Below, piece after piece: positions 63,629 to 64,000 of a stretch of 64,000 bases of DNA. The notes beneath the pieces were generated by a model. The model made no database searches. It was not told where the DNA came from and was given only the letters and a program-made list of their open reading frames with translations. Numbering within the stretch: position 1 is the first letter of the stretch; the number at the start of each line of letters is the position of its first letter. Origin of the DNA: Negaprion brevirostris. Its lineage: Eukaryota. Position numbers and translations under genes: made by a program. The stretch is from positions 48,977,890 to 49,041,889 of the forward strand of contig JARDVH010000132.1 of NCBI GenBank assembly GCA_030324005.1. Reading direction: 5' to 3'.

Positions 63629-63682
63629 AGAAGTGTAAGCCTTTGGTGGCCATGGTCACAGGTATAAAAGGCTTACACTTCT
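63629..63682. repeat. Perfect 16-bp inverted repeat with 22-nt spacer
   Basis: AGAAGTGTAAGCCTTT (63629-63644) / AAAGGCTTACACTTCT (63667-63682). Confidence 0.9.
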
Positions 63683-64000
63683 GTGGCCATACCCCATCAC
63701 TCAGTTGCCAGTACAAGACACTGCTGGAGACAGAACTGAGCCAGGGGTACAACTGGATCAAGCTAATGTCAAATTCTAGCATGCTACACATCAGCTGTCC
63801 TGTGCCAGCTCTGCATCTGTCCGGTTCTGAGAAAAAAACAGCCCCAAAATATCTTGGCAAGAGCAGCAAAGGTAATGGCACAAAAACTCAGTGTCCCAGA
63901 ATTATATGTGCAAATAGTATATTCCAGTCTGAAGTTATCAAAGCCAATATATATAGCTTAAAAATTGCAATCAATTTTGTGAAATTGTAATGGCAGCTAT

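Noticed and set aside
63562-63990. Overlapping 142-aa (+) and 98-aa (-) ORFs sharing KCKP/KGLHF peptides
   Set aside because: The shared peptides come from the DNA inverted repeat; no recognisable domain.
1-64000. CRISPR array, operon or prokaryotic-type system
   Set aside because: No regularly spaced repeats or gene-dense region; the content is vertebrate interspersed repeats.

Overview
Eukaryotic, AT-rich, repeat-dense, essentially non-coding DNA with many N gaps. It is almost certainly from a cartilaginous fish (shark or ray), judged from its repeats: HE1/V-SINEs, HER1/CR1 LINEs, DeuSINE-like remnants, Rex1/Babar, RTE, L2, Penelope-like elements (PLEs) and GGGC-terminated PIF/Harbinger-type MITEs. 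I found no intact protein-coding gene. Nearly all listed ORFs are retroelement debris, N-gap artefacts or chance. A few unidentified candidate spliced exons exist (best 25277-25412 +), so the window may be intronic. The most notable structure: (1) three distinct PLE terminal-repeat families carrying minimal hammerhead-ribozyme motifs, one with an intact core at 11919-11953 (-), four of them tiny insertions with 11-18 bp duplications and a shared junction motif; (2) a 258-bp solo LTR with a 5-bp TSD and two tandem hairpins; (3) V-SINEs with two alternative tails, one resembling the local Rex1/Babar 3' end; (4) a tRNA-headed CR1-clade LINE plus a matching bipartite SINE; (5) an unexplained 16-bp perfect hairpin at 63629-63682. 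I cannot support a wholly new biological system from the sequence alone. Family names come from recognition, not database searches, and most repeat boundaries are approximate.
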